In this document: piece by piece, positions 48,275 to 59,035 of the stretch
Position numbering within the stretch: position 1 is the stretch's first letter
Layout of the letters: the number at the start of each line of letters is the position of its first letter
Assembly (NCBI GenBank): GCA_038884755.1
Contig: JAWABJ010000001.1
Location: 636,953 to 700,952, forward strand
Source: Candidatus Norongarragalinales archaeon
GTDB lineage: Archaea; Micrarchaeota; Micrarchaeia; Norongarragalinales; Norongarragalinaceae
Direction of reading: 5' to 3'
DNA length: 64,000 nt
Notes under the pieces: generated by a model
What the model was told of the DNA's origin: nothing
Database searches by the model: none
Seen by the model: only the letters and a program-made list of their open reading frames with translations
Position numbers and translations under genes: made by a program

Positions 48275-48490
48275 CATGTAGTTCCACATGTCGCCATGCG
48301 GCATGGACTATATCATCATCTCAATTTCTTGAGCGTCTGCGTGTAGTCTCTGAGGGGTCAATCATTTTCATGACGACTTCCCTGCTGATAGACCCCACCT
48401 GAACCGTTGCCGGTTCAGGATACACGGGTTGTTCCAGCATACAGCAGATTTTGTCTGCATCCTCGCGGATGCAGGTCGCAACATAAGTTT
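48275..48490 (-). mobile_element. 216-nt ORF-less group I intron near 16S 3' end (between GUCGU and AACAAGGUAACC; E. coli ~1506 site)
   Basis: U at -1 with IGS GCGAC pairing exon GUCGU (U:G); P2 CUGCAUCC/GGAUGCAG, P5 CUGAACCG-GCAA-CGGUUCAG, Q-like UAUCAGCAGG, R CAGAGACUACACG, P8 CUCAAGAAAUUGAG, S GAUGAUAUAGUCC, P9 CCAUGCCGCAUGG, terminal G; core elements near-identical to the 23S L1917 intron. Confidence 0.7.
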
Positions 48491-49031
48491 ACGACTTAAC
48501 CCTCCTCATGAAGATCTAGCTCGAATGCGACCGAAGTCGCAGCCTCACTAAAACCTCACTTGGATGGCTTGACGGGCGGTGTGTGCAAGGAGCGGGGACA
48601 TATTCACCGCGCGATGATGACACGCGATTACTAGGGATTCCAACTTCATGGGGGCGAGTTTCAGCCCCCAATCTGTACTGGAGTAGGGTTTAGGTGATTG
48701 CCTCCGCCTTTCGGCGTCGGAACACATTGTCCCTACTATTGTATGCCACGTGTGGCCCAGCAGATTCAGGCCATACGGACCTAGCGTCGCCTTCTCCTTC
48801 CTCCCACTTAACGCGGGCAGTCTCCACAGAGTGCCCTCCGAATTGCTTCGAAGGTAGCAACTGTGGACGAAGATCTCGCTCGTTGCACGACTTAACGTGA
48901 CACCTCACGGCACGAGCTGGCGCTGGCCATGCAACACTTCTCGGCTTGTTGGCTAAGATCTTTAGTCTGAGCTTCATACTGCCGTCTCTGCTGGTGAGTT
49001 TCCCGGCGTTGAGTCCAATTGAACCGCAGCA

Positions 49032-49719
<688 letters not shown>

Positions 49720-49957
49720 TCCTTTAAGTTTCAATCTTGCGATCGTACTCCCCAAGCGGCAGACTAAACGTTTTCACTACGGCACTGCAGCAACGCGAAG
49801 TCGCTGCAACGCCAAGTCTGCATCATTTACTGCACAGGACTACTCGGGTATCTAATCCGATTCGCTACCCTGGCCTTCGTTCCTCACCGTCAGACGTGTT
49901 TTGTCCAAGCGCTTTCGCCACCGATGGTCCTCTAAGGATTACAGGATTGTAAGCACA

Positions 49958-49997
49958 GTTTTTCTTTACTCAATTTTTCTTTCGTAAAGAAAAATTG
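49958..49997. repeat. hairpin-repeat insertion in 16S (within the ~720 region): UUUUUCUUUACUCAAUUUUUCUUUCGUAAAGAAAAAUUG
   Basis: Interrupts conserved GGGGUGAAAUCCUGUAAUCC context; near-identical to 23S copy. Confidence 0.7.
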
Positions 49998-51054
49998 TTT
50001 TACTCCTCCCCCTAAAGTACCCTTGGACTCCCCCACTCTCAAGCTCGGTAGTATTCCCTGCACGCCCATCCGTTGAGCGGATGGATTTCACAGGAAACTT
50101 GCCAAGCCGGCTACGGACGCTTTAAGCTCAATATTCGTGGATACCACTAGTTCTACCTGTGTTACCGCGGCGGCTGGCACAGGATTTACCCAGAACTTAT
50201 TCCACCGGCTATTCAAGCCGGTTAAAAGCCGACCTTTCGATCGGCACTCGGACTACCCCCATCACGCTTTCGCGCATTGTGGAATTTTCGCGCCTGCTGC
50301 ATCCCGTAGGACTCGGGCCCTTGTCTCAGTGCCCGTCTCGGGGCTCCTACTCCCATAGCCCCTACTGATTATAGGTTTGGTGGGCCGTTACCTCACCAAC
50401 AGCCTAATCAGCCGCAGTGCCATCTTACAGCAAACTTGCTCCAATTCGCTTTTTTTTCAACCGCCAACCGTTCCAGGTACGGCGGCCTATGGCGTGTTAC
50501 CCGCACTTTCGCGCGGTTATTCGCCTCTGTAAGGTAGGTTCACTACGTGTTACTGAGCCGTTTGCCGGGATTACAAGTGTAATCCCCAAACTTGCATGGC
50601 TTAGTCGTAATCCGATAGCAGTATCCTCCAGCAGGATCAACTGGTGTTGTCCTAACACCCGATTCGGGTGTTAGGACGGAGATCGCAAGAACTAACTTAT
50701 CTTGCGGAATGAGCGTCTTGCATAGAGTTATTTGCTCTCTTCTTCCCCTGCGTCGAACCCAAATGAGAATCGCTTGCCATCAGAGATGGAAGAACATAAT
50801 TCTTTGTTTGAGTGCCCATGATCGCTGTAGTAGTAAAAATAGCAACGCCAGTCATGGATTCACGCAGAGGCGAAAAACGCGATAGCAAGGCGTTTCTACG
50901 CTCTCAGATAAAGTCTTCTATGGCTTGCCGGGAACTACAGCATTAGAAAAAACACTCTTTCCGAAGAAAGAATGCCTTTATTAAATCGTCGAAAGGAGTT
51001 TAAAAAGCTTTTGAATCAACCGCGGGATGTAGCGCTTTGCAAGCGAAACAAATA

Positions 51055-51699
51055 CTACAATCCGCGAAACACGCCGGCGTATTTTTCCCTGCTTTTGAAA
51101 ACGATGAATTTTTTTCCGCGAGATTCGAAAAGAATGCTTTCGTTTTTCAAACGCGTCGCTTTCCCGATCCCGTCAGACGGGGAGATTAAAACCACGCTTT
51201 CGTCCTTGTTCAGCAAACCGTCGAGCAACACCACGCTTTCGGGGTTTTCCAACTTCGACTTTCGCAAGAGGAAAAACGCCTGCTCGAGGGAACTCGCATT
51301 GTCCGAACACAGCCATGCCACGTTTCCGGTGGAATTGCAAACCCCCCGGTACGCGTGGAAATGCACCGAAATCTGCCTGGGCTTTACGCTGACGACATGA
51401 TACACACTAACCACCTTTCCCGGAAATCCGCCCGAAACGCAAAACCCTTGAAGGGGGCGGTTTTCGGCTAGAAGGTCGAAGACCGCGAACTGCGCTAAAA
51501 AAGCAAATTTTCGGTTTGAAGACAAAAACCCAAGCCTAAAGGGTCGATAATAACAGCACCCGAGGCAAGGGGACTTTCTAACATTTTTAAAGTTTATAAA
51601 GTTTATTAAGCATTGGGGGGGAGTTCTTTTCATGCGCTCGCGCGGCTGCACCGAACGCGCCTCGAAAAAGTTTTTATTCGGCAAAAAGCTTATTCGCAA
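51055..51699 (-). CDS. hypothetical protein; N-terminal third overlaps an AT-rich promoter-like region, true start probably internal/non-ATG
   Basis: C-terminal ~110 aa have coding-like composition (..ISVHFHAYRGV..VVLLDGLLNKDESVVLISPSDGIGKATRL..); no internal ATG after residue 23. Confidence 0.3.
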   Translation of the reverse strand: MRISFLPNKNFFEARSVQPRERMKRTPPQCLINFINFKNVRKSPCLGCCYYRPFRLGFLSSNRKFAFLAQFAVFDLLAENRPLQGFCVSGGFPGKVVSVYHVVSVKPRQISVHFHAYRGVCNSTGNVAWLCSDNASSLEQAFFLLRKSKLENPESVVLLDGLLNKDESVVLISPSDGIGKATRLKNESILFESRGKKFIVFKSREKYAGVFRGL

Positions 51700-51716
51700 C
51701 AGGAGGATTGGGGCTT

Positions 51717-51833
51717 ATGGCAAAAAAACAATTGTTTTACCAGAACGCGAACACCACGGAAAGGCTGTTGGTTTTGATAGCGCTGTTCATGGCGATAATA
51801 GCGACTACGGGCGTAATCGCGCTGGCTTCTTAA
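51717..51833 (+). CDS. 38-aa single-TM peptide with strong Shine-Dalgarno (AGGAGG 8 nt upstream)
   Basis: MAKKQLFYQNANTTERLLVLIALFMAIIATTGVIALAS; below ORF-track length cutoff. Confidence 0.4.
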   Translation: MAKKQLFYQNANTTERLLVLIALFMAIIATTGVIALAS

Positions 51834-51878
51834 GGGGTTAAAGCCAGGAATTAAAAAAACTCGGCTAGTCTTAAAGTC

Positions 51879-52361
51879 ATGAAGAGCACGAAAAAACACG
51901 GAAAGCTCGAAACCGCTACTTTCGCGGCAGGCTGCTTTTGGGAGCCGCAACTCGTTTTCGACAACACGCCCGGCGTAATAGAAACGCAAGTGGGCTTCAC
52001 TGGGGGCAATGCGAAAAACCCGTCTTATTTGCTAGTGTGCACCGGCCTCACGGGGCATAGGGAAGTGGTGCAAGTTAAATTCGACCCGAAAATGATTCCT
52101 TACGAAAAGCTTTTGGAAATATTTTGGGAAGTGCACGATCCCACGCAGGCGAACGGGCAGGGAGTCAACGCCGGCAGCCAATACCGCGCCGCGGTTTTCT
52201 ACCACGGTGGAGAACAAAAAAAGCTGGCGGAAAAAACAAAAGCGGAATTGGAAAAAAAGGGAATGAAAATCGCTACGCAAATTCTCCCAGCGGGCGAGTT
52301 CTACCTGGCCGAGGAATACCACCAGAAGTACTTGCAAAAACGCGGGCTGAAAACTTGTTAG
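51879..52361 (+). CDS. msrA: peptide-methionine (S)-S-oxide reductase
   Basis: Catalytic GCFWE motif, 160 aa. Confidence 0.9.
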   Translation: MKSTKKHGKLETATFAAGCFWEPQLVFDNTPGVIETQVGFTGGNAKNPSYLLVCTGLTGHREVVQVKFDPKMIPYEKLLEIFWEVHDPTQANGQGVNAGSQYRAAVFYHGGEQKKLAEKTKAELEKKGMKIATQILPAGEFYLAEEYHQKYLQKRGLKTC

Positions 52362-52381
52362 TTGAAAAATAGTGGTTTAAA

Positions 52382-52702
52382 ATGCGTTGGAGCATCGCAC
52401 ATTCTGTCAGCGGGATGGAACAGCACGTAGTGAAGATAATTAGAAATGAATCGGAAAAAGGGCCAGTCGTAGTGCATGAAATTTCATTCAGGAGGGCTTC
52501 ACTCAATTGGCCTCCTAAAAGAAGGGAAATGCCGTGGAGTGAAGCGAAAGAAGACCTTTTGCATAAGGAAACAGTTCATGCAAAAACGCCTGAAGAAGCG
52601 GCAGAAAAATTCGTGCAAATACTTAATGAAAATGTATTTGGAATCACAAAAGACACTAGCGATTACTACCGTGATTTGCTGAAAGAAATGATTAAAGACT
52701 GA
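52382..52702 (+). CDS. hypothetical protein
   Basis: 106-aa ORF, coding-like composition. Confidence 0.35.
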   Translation: MRWSIAHSVSGMEQHVVKIIRNESEKGPVVVHEISFRRASLNWPPKRREMPWSEAKEDLLHKETVHAKTPEEAAEKFVQILNENVFGITKDTSDYYRDLLKEMIKD

Positions 52703-52703
52703 G

Positions 52704-52788
52704 TGCAGGGGGAGAGATTTGAACTCCCGAACCCCTAAGGGAGCGGGTCCTAAACCCGCCGCGTTTGACCAAGCTCCGCCACCCCTGC
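52704..52788 (-). tRNA. tRNA-Leu (UAG), intronless, long variable arm
   Basis: Acceptor GCAGGGG/CCCCUGC+A, anticodon stem GCGGG/CCCGC loop UUUAGGA, variable arm UCCCUUAGGGGUUC, T-arm GGGAG-UUCAAAU-CUCUC. Confidence 0.85.
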
Positions 52789-53028
52789 GCGAAAATAATC
52801 TGTTTGAGAGGGAATTTAATTGCGAAAGGCGGCGTGCGGGTGAAAAGGCTCAGCCGCGTTTGACAAATCGCCTGAGAATCCAGGTCTTCACCTTGTCCAA
52901 AACTGGCTTTTGCTGAACTTGTTTTGAGCTTCGCTCGGAGTTTCGAAAATTTTTGAGACCTGTGAAACCAGCGCTCTTGGCTTCAAAAGGTTTCTTTCGG
53001 GATTTCAAAGGCTCTTGCGTCAAGCGGT

Positions 53029-53769
53029 TCACCCGTACATGGGGTTTTGCTGCATTTGCTGGTAGTTCTGGTGCATGGCCTGCATTTTCTCTATCGCGTC
53101 TTTCATGTTTTGCTCTACCTGCTTTCCTTCGCTCACCAGCTGTTTGGTATCCACTTTCAGCCCGGCAAGCTTTGCGACGACATCCAAAAGCCTGGCCGCG
53201 CCCAACGGGTCCAACGGCTTGTTGGTTTCCACCATCAAGTTCGCGGCGGGAAACTTTTGCGCCGCGCACTCGGCAATCAGCACGCCAGACACGCCTTGCG
53301 TCGCGCCTTCCTTAATCAAGTCAATGCCGCTTGCGCGCAAGGCATTTTGAACTTCGGGAGTGGAGGCTATGCCGTGCACTTTTTCAGACGGCGTTTCCAA
53401 CGCAATGCCTGCGAGACTGTAGACGGCTTTAGCTTTTTTCGCTTTCGCGAAATCTATCAGCTCGCGAGCCAGGGGCAGGACTATGTCGGCGGGAATCACG
53501 AATTCCGAAAACACCACTATCAGGTTGTCTTGTTCGCTCGCGTAAATGCGAGCTGGGGAAACGGGCTTGAAGTCGTGGATTGCGGCGATTGGGGGAAAGT
53601 GAGAGGAGGAAAGGTAGCCCGCGAGCTTCATGCTCGGGCGCGAGGCGAGGAAAGACGCGCCTATCGGCCCTATCATTCCTACGCCGGGAAACCCTTCGAC
53701 GATGACGGGATTTTTCAGCGAAATTTTTTCCATTTCCCTTATTTCGACAATCATTGAGACACCGCTCAA
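53029..53769 (-). CDS. pbaA: proteasome assembly chaperone (PAC2/PbaA family) with C-terminal HbYX motif
   Basis: PAC2 fold pattern (VEGFPGVGMIG...), C-terminus ...NPMYG (hydrophobic-Tyr-X). Confidence 0.65.
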   Translation of the reverse strand: MSGVSMIVEIREMEKISLKNPVIVEGFPGVGMIGPIGASFLASRPSMKLAGYLSSSHFPPIAAIHDFKPVSPARIYASEQDNLIVVFSEFVIPADIVLPLARELIDFAKAKKAKAVYSLAGIALETPSEKVHGIASTPEVQNALRASGIDLIKEGATQGVSGVLIAECAAQKFPAANLMVETNKPLDPLGAARLLDVVAKLAGLKVDTKQLVSEGKQVEQNMKDAIEKMQAMHQNYQQMQQNPMYG

Positions 53770-53787
53770 GGCATTATCTCGACGGCA

Positions 53788-54525
53788 TTATAATAGTATT
53801 GCGCCGCGCACGAGGTTGAACAAAAACAGCGATAACGGCGCCATCACGGAAAAATACAACAGGGCTTTCTTGGTTTTTTCTTCCAGGCGGGCGACGAAAA
53901 CGCTCGAGACAAACGCGAAAACAATCAAATACGCTTGAGTCGCCAAAAGCACGGTTTCGCGCATTCGCAAGTCGGGCTTCAAGTCCAGCAGTTCGACCGT
54001 AAACCCTTCCTGGAGGGAAGAGGAAATGTTGAACAACAGCGCCAAAACCATCGGAACCAGCACGCTTCCGCCTATAAGCAGCGTGTATTTCTGGAGAGCC
54101 AGCGCGGACGAAGTTTCCCGGACTATTTCCTGGAGTGAGTAAACGTCTTCCGCGACTTCCTTGAACATTTTCCCGGAGTTGGAAGCCCCCGAGCTGTAGA
54201 ATTTCAAGACCAAATCACAAGCCCGTTGCAAGAGCATGGATGAATTCCGTTTTTTCATCTCATCTAACGCTTGCCTGACTGAGTAGCCGGTGCGGATTCT
54301 TTCCAACGCAAGGGCAAACTCTTCGCTCAAGGCGCCGCAGTCCGACTGCGCTATTGCTTCGAGCATTTTTTCTATGGGAGAGTTGGACGGGAAGGACGCG
54401 ATTTGGAAAAGAGCCTGCGGCAGCAAGTCATCTATCTCCTTCTGCCTCTTTTCCTTCCGGTACTCGTCTGCGAGGCTGCTTAGAAACCACAAACGCATTT
54501 CACAACACCTTGGGCTTTGCTTCAC
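53788..54525 (-). CDS. type IV pilus/archaellum-like assembly membrane protein (FlaJ/TadC family), C-terminal half
   Basis: T2SSF-like repeat with 3-4 TM helices; follows second T2SSF-like ORF. Confidence 0.55.
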   Translation of the reverse strand: MKQSPRCCEMRLWFLSSLADEYRKEKRQKEIDDLLPQALFQIASFPSNSPIEKMLEAIAQSDCGALSEEFALALERIRTGYSVRQALDEMKKRNSSMLLQRACDLVLKFYSSGASNSGKMFKEVAEDVYSLQEIVRETSSALALQKYTLLIGGSVLVPMVLALLFNISSSLQEGFTVELLDLKPDLRMRETVLLATQAYLIVFAFVSSVFVARLEEKTKKALLYFSVMAPLSLFLFNLVRGAILL

Positions 54526-55330
54526 TCAAGTAAAACAAGATTGCGAAATCTGCAAGCGGGAAAACTATCACGAAAAAAACCACTATGTCCGCGGTGGTGA
54601 AAGTCAAGGAAAGGAAGGAAGAGCCTATCATCACGTACGCGGAAAACAGCGCGGGGACTATCGTGCTTGCCGCTATGAACAGCAAGCCGAAAAACGCTTG
54701 TTTTGCCGCGAACTCGCGGCTTTTTACTCGCTGTTGTTGGATCAACTCGTCGGCAAGCTTTTTCATCTCCTCGTCCGCGAAACCGTGCTCGTAGGAAAAG
54801 CAAAGCTGCATCACCGCGCGTTTCACTTGAATGCTGTCGACTCTGTCGGAAAAACGAAGCAAGGCGCTTTGCACCGAATGCCCGCGCTTGAATTCCGCGC
54901 AAACGCGCGCCAATTCCTCGCCCAGCGCTCCGAAACCGCTGGCTCCGCCTTCAAGCGTTTTTTCAAAGGCGGTTGCCAGGCTCAAGTCCACGGCTGCACC
55001 CCGCAAAAACAAGGGCAAGTCCCTTTCGATTTCCGCAGCACGGCGTTTTTTCAAAAACCAAGGCAGGTAAAGCGATGCTGCAAAGACCGCGGAAAAAACC
55101 GGGAGTGAAAACGAAAGGGCTGCAACCGCATCGGACAAGGCGAGTGAAAATGCGAGTGAAACCGCGCCAAGCGCCAAAGCGAACGAAAAGCAAAACGAAG
55201 AGTACACCCGCGCGTCGAAATCCAATGAAGACTGGAGCAAATCCTTTTCCAGTTTTTTCAGCGAATGCCCGTCGAGGGGACAGGGGATTAGTGAAAACCC
55301 TTCCACAAGCGAGCGAAAGTTCAAAGCCAC
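54500..55330 (-). CDS. FlaJ/TadC-family membrane protein, N-terminal half (start uncertain; ORF-track N-terminus overlaps ATPase gene)
   Basis: T2SSF-like domain; together with 53788-54525 resembles a split FlaJ. Confidence 0.5.
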   Translation of the reverse strand: MALNFRSLVEGFSLIPCPLDGHSLKKLEKDLLQSSLDFDARVYSSFCFSFALALGAVSLAFSLALSDAVAALSFSLPVFSAVFAASLYLPWFLKKRRAAEIERDLPLFLRGAAVDLSLATAFEKTLEGGASGFGALGEELARVCAEFKRGHSVQSALLRFSDRVDSIQVKRAVMQLCFSYEHGFADEEMKKLADELIQQQRVKSREFAAKQAFFGLLFIAASTIVPALFSAYVMIGSSFLSLTFTTADIVVFFVIVFPLADFAILFYLSEAKPKVL

Positions 55331-56679
55331 TCTGCCCCCAGCCCGAACGCAAACTCTTGCGCTTTCAAAGTGAAGTCTTTGAAGCCTGCAAAGCGGGTTT
55401 TTTTCAAGAAAGATTTCCTTCGGGCGACTTCCCGCCAAAACTCCCTTAGGGAAAAACCGTAGTTTTGCAGGGTTTTTTCGGCCACCGCGCTGCATTTCAA
55501 CCCCTTGCATTCGTTGAGAACTCCGCTCGCGTCGAGGGAAAACAAAAACCGTGGCTTTGAATTTTTGACTTCGGCGATTTCAGTTACCTTGCGCATTTCC
55601 CTCGCTTTTTTTGCCTTCAAGTCGAAAAAAGAAATGCGTTTTTGCACTAAAACCAGGTCAACCGCGTCCAAATCGCCTTCGTCCACTCCGAACGCCTTGA
55701 GGCGGGACATCACGTCTAGCGAGGATTTCGAGTGGAAAGTGAAGAAAGAGCCTTTAGCCTGTCCGGCCAAAAGCGAATCCAACAGCCCTTCGGCCTCGGC
55801 CTTACTGCGCACTTCTCCCACGACCACGCGATCCGGCCTCATCCTCAAAGTGTCCCGCACTAAATCCTTCAAGCTCGCGCCGGCATCTTCGCTTGCAATC
55901 ATTTTCACCACGTGTTTTTGCAGCAAAAACAACTCTGGAGTTTCTTCCGCGACGATTATCCGCTCGTTCAACGGAACGAACGAAAACAAGGCGTTGAGCG
56001 TGGTGGTTTTACCGCTGCCCGTGTTGCCTGCAATGCAAAGCGAAACGTCCCCGTACAGCACAGTCCAGAGGAAGGCGAGCGCGTCAACGGAAACCGTGCC
56101 GAAATCGGCCAGCTCCCTCGCGTTCAGCGGGTTTCGCAAAAACTTTCGTATGGAAAGCTCCACGCCGTCGAGGCAGACGGGAGGAATGCTCGCGTGCAAC
56201 CGCGACCCGTCGGGAAGCACGGCGTTCAAGCGCGGGTTTTTCAGCGTCACCCTCCGCCCCAGTGGACGCGCGATCTTGTTCACCGCGTTTACGGCGTGCT
56301 CTTCGCTCGTGAAAAACGCGTTCGTCTCCAGCCAACCTTTTTTCCGGTGGAAAACGAAAACAGGCTTTCCCACGCCTATTACCGAAATTTCCTCGAGCTC
56401 GTCGTCCGCCAGGAGGAAGTCGAGTACTCCCAGCCCCTCGACACAGTTTTTTGCTATGCCGATTATTTTCTCCCCGCTCGCCTTCTCGAGGATAATGTTT
56501 TTCTCTTCGCATAATGCCCGCAAGAGCGAATGCAGGCCGCGCGAAGGCTCGCGCAAGAGCAGCTGAAGCAATTGCGAGAGTATCTCGTCCTCGCGTTCCG
56601 TCAATTCGATTGGTGGCACGAAATAAGGCGTTTTTTCTCTTGCGAGTTTCCAACCGAATTTTTCTTCAACGCTTTTCAA
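55321..56679 (-). CDS. type II/IV secretion-system ATPase (FlaI/TadA/VirB11 family)
   Basis: Walker A CIAGNTGSGKTTTLN, Asp box, His box; 452 aa. Confidence 0.85.
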   Translation of the reverse strand: MKSVEEKFGWKLAREKTPYFVPPIELTEREDEILSQLLQLLLREPSRGLHSLLRALCEEKNIILEKASGEKIIGIAKNCVEGLGVLDFLLADDELEEISVIGVGKPVFVFHRKKGWLETNAFFTSEEHAVNAVNKIARPLGRRVTLKNPRLNAVLPDGSRLHASIPPVCLDGVELSIRKFLRNPLNARELADFGTVSVDALAFLWTVLYGDVSLCIAGNTGSGKTTTLNALFSFVPLNERIIVAEETPELFLLQKHVVKMIASEDAGASLKDLVRDTLRMRPDRVVVGEVRSKAEAEGLLDSLLAGQAKGSFFTFHSKSSLDVMSRLKAFGVDEGDLDAVDLVLVQKRISFFDLKAKKAREMRKVTEIAEVKNSKPRFLFSLDASGVLNECKGLKCSAVAEKTLQNYGFSLREFWREVARRKSFLKKTRFAGFKDFTLKAQEFAFGLGAEWL

Positions 56680-57062
56680 CTGGATTTACGTTCTCCGGGG
56701 TTCCAGGAAAGCCTTTGCCCGACGCGCACTTTTGCGCTCCCGCCGGGAGGAAGTTCAATCAAAAAAAATGCAGGCTTGGAAGGCGTGACGAACAGCCTCC
56801 ACGGCTTTATGCGCTTGAAAACGCAAACCACCCGCTTTCGCGAGTCGAGGAAAACAGCGTCGAAAACCGGGCAGAAAAACGAGTGGATGGCGTTGCGCTT
56901 TACGCCTTCAGAATCGAACTCGAACAACAGGGAAAACGCCTTGCGTTTAAACATCAAGCCAATTGTTTTTTCAAGCGGGGTTGACGCTTGGAAAGCATTC
57001 CACAATAGCTTGTTGTTCTTGAAAATCGCAACCTTGCGCATCTGAAAACCATTAGCAGGCAA
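56676..57062 (-). CDS. DUF192 (COG1430) protein
   Basis: IGLMFKRK...LLFEF...IHSFFCPVFDAVFLD pattern. Confidence 0.6.
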   Translation of the reverse strand: MPANGFQMRKVAIFKNNKLLWNAFQASTPLEKTIGLMFKRKAFSLLFEFDSEGVKRNAIHSFFCPVFDAVFLDSRKRVVCVFKRIKPWRLFVTPSKPAFFLIELPPGGSAKVRVGQRLSWNPGERKSS

Positions 57063-57094
57063 GAGTTAAAAAGACTTTCAAGAGTTATCTACTC

Positions 57095-57784
57095 ATGCGC
57101 AAACTCTCTCACCTTGCCATTACTCCGGACGGCAACCGCAGGTATGCGGCGAAGCACAGGCTTTCTTTCCAACAGGCGTACAAGGCGGGATTCGACAAGA
57201 TCAAGGAGGTCCTTGAATGGAGCGAAGAGCCCGAACGCATCACGCTTTGGGCCATGTCTCTGGACAACCTTTTGAAACGCTCTGCGTTCGAAAAAAAGAT
57301 TTTGTTCAAACTGATGGCGCGGCACGTGCAGGAGAGCATCAACACCCAGCAGTTTTCCGATGAAGGCGTGAAAGTGAGTTTTTTCGGAAGGCGGGATTTG
57401 CTTCCGCGCGAGTTGAACGCGCGTTTCGAAGCGTTGGAAAGACAGACTGAAGGCGGTGGAAAACAGTTGAACATAGCGATCGCATACTCGGGAAGGGACG
57501 AGATTTTGAGCGCGGCGAAATCGCTCGCTTTCGACGCGAAAGCGGGAAGAATCGACCCGAGCGGGTTGAAAGAAAGCGATTTCGAAAAATACTTGTATTG
57601 CAGCGATTCGCCCGACCTCGTGATACGCACTGGAGACGCGCAACGCCTTTCCGGGCTGATGCCGTGGCAGACGGCGTACAGCGAAATCTACTTTTCCAAA
57701 AAACTCTGGCCGGAATTCGGCAAAAGCGATTACGCCGACGCCATTAGATTCTATCGCGAGACCGAAAGCCGCAAGGGAAAATAA
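57095..57784 (+). CDS. uppS: cis-prenyltransferase (undecaprenyl/dehydrodolichyl diphosphate synthase family)
   Basis: HLAITPDGNRRYA motif and C-terminal RxG/ER...SG region. Confidence 0.85.
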   Translation: MRKLSHLAITPDGNRRYAAKHRLSFQQAYKAGFDKIKEVLEWSEEPERITLWAMSLDNLLKRSAFEKKILFKLMARHVQESINTQQFSDEGVKVSFFGRRDLLPRELNARFEALERQTEGGGKQLNIAIAYSGRDEILSAAKSLAFDAKAGRIDPSGLKESDFEKYLYCSDSPDLVIRTGDAQRLSGLMPWQTAYSEIYFSKKLWPEFGKSDYADAIRFYRETESRKGK

Positions 57785-57934
57785 AACTCACTTGAATTTT
57801 ATTATCCTGCGTGGCACTTCAAGGCGCTCTGCCAAGCCTTTGCGCGCGGCATCTTGCTCGCTTGAAGCAAAAAGAATGCTCTTTCCCTGCCAAAAAGGTG
57901 GCTTTTCACCACTATCGCAGTCTATTATAAATAA

Positions 57935-59023
57935 TTAATGGCTCTTGAAAACGAAATCCATGTCCCCGATTCTTTCCAGCGCAAAAGGAACTCCGGAAAG
58001 CTTTGCAAACGCGAAAGCGAAATCCAAGCCAACGTTGGGCAAAGAAAACAACTTCGAGTGCAAAAGCCAATGCATTCGGAAAGTCTTTTCGTACGCTTTT
58101 CTCCAGCGTTGTTCGTAGTCCAAAACGCCGTTCTCGAAATAATTTTCAATCGCACTCGCCGCTTGTTGCCCGCACAACCCGCCGAAAACAATCCCTCCCC
58201 CAGTCGTGGATTTTACTTGTCCCGCCGCGTCGCCCACCAAAATGACAGAATCTTTTTGCGTTTTCGAACGCGGGAATAGGGGAATCGAGTAGTTGAACTC
58301 CCGCCCTTTCTTTTTCTCTTCCCCTAAACCCATTTTTTTCAAAAGCTTTCTTTTTCCCGAGTTCAATGCCGAAGGGTTCGTCGTAGCGAGCCCCACGCGC
58401 GCCGTGCTTTCGTTAACCGGGACAGACCACGCGAAAAAGTTGGGCGCGATCGACTGGTCGAGAAAAACGTGAACTTTGTCCGGCGTCTCTTGCGTGAATG
58501 AATATTCGGCTTCCCAAGCGGAAGCGAAGCGTCTGAAAGGTGGAAGGCCGCTTTCGCGCGCCACGAACGAACCCAAGCCGTCAGCACCCACGACCACCCG
58601 CGAGTGAAACTCGCCTGACGGCGTTGTTATGCTCAATCCGCCGTTTTGCGAGAGTTTTCTCGCGCCGGCGTTCAAAAACAACTCCGCGCCTTTGTTTATA
58701 GCCTCGCCCACGCACTTTTCGTCGAACGCCTGGCGGTCGAGGACAAACGCGACCGGCGTTTTGGTTTGCACTGAAAACGAGACGCGCGGCGAATGCACTA
58801 TCGCGCCGTGGATTTCGTTCAAAACTGTTTTCTTGAAGTCCACGCCAATGCGTTCAAGCCCGCTGGCGGAAACGAGCGCGGTGCACTTGTTGAACTTGCC
58901 CGGGCGCGCGTGTTCTTCCAAAAGCGCGACGCTAGCGCCCTTGCTTGCTATTGCTCTTGCGGTCATTCCACCGACGCAAGACGCGCCCACTACTACGCAA
59001 TCGAATTTTTTCGTTCCAACCAC
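57935..59023 (-). CDS. geranylgeranyl reductase family FAD-dependent oxidoreductase (archaeal lipid saturase)
   Basis: N-terminal FAD Rossmann VVVGASCVGG, GGR family length and motifs. Confidence 0.8.
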   Translation of the reverse strand: MVGTKKFDCVVVGASCVGGMTARAIASKGASVALLEEHARPGKFNKCTALVSASGLERIGVDFKKTVLNEIHGAIVHSPRVSFSVQTKTPVAFVLDRQAFDEKCVGEAINKGAELFLNAGARKLSQNGGLSITTPSGEFHSRVVVGADGLGSFVARESGLPPFRRFASAWEAEYSFTQETPDKVHVFLDQSIAPNFFAWSVPVNESTARVGLATTNPSALNSGKRKLLKKMGLGEEKKKGREFNYSIPLFPRSKTQKDSVILVGDAAGQVKSTTGGGIVFGGLCGQQAASAIENYFENGVLDYEQRWRKAYEKTFRMHWLLHSKLFSLPNVGLDFAFAFAKLSGVPFALERIGDMDFVFKSH

Positions 59024-59035
59024 TCTTCCTGCAAT

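Noticed and set aside
50930-50975. rRNA operon promoter (TTTAATAAAGG on minus strand)
   Set aside because: Plausible TATA-like element ~300 nt upstream of 16S, but several comparable A/T runs occur nearby; not supportable without TSS data
52850-53269. 139-aa Arg-rich ORF downstream of tRNA-Leu
   Set aside because: Mostly overlaps pbaA in another frame; the non-overlapping tail has no start codon
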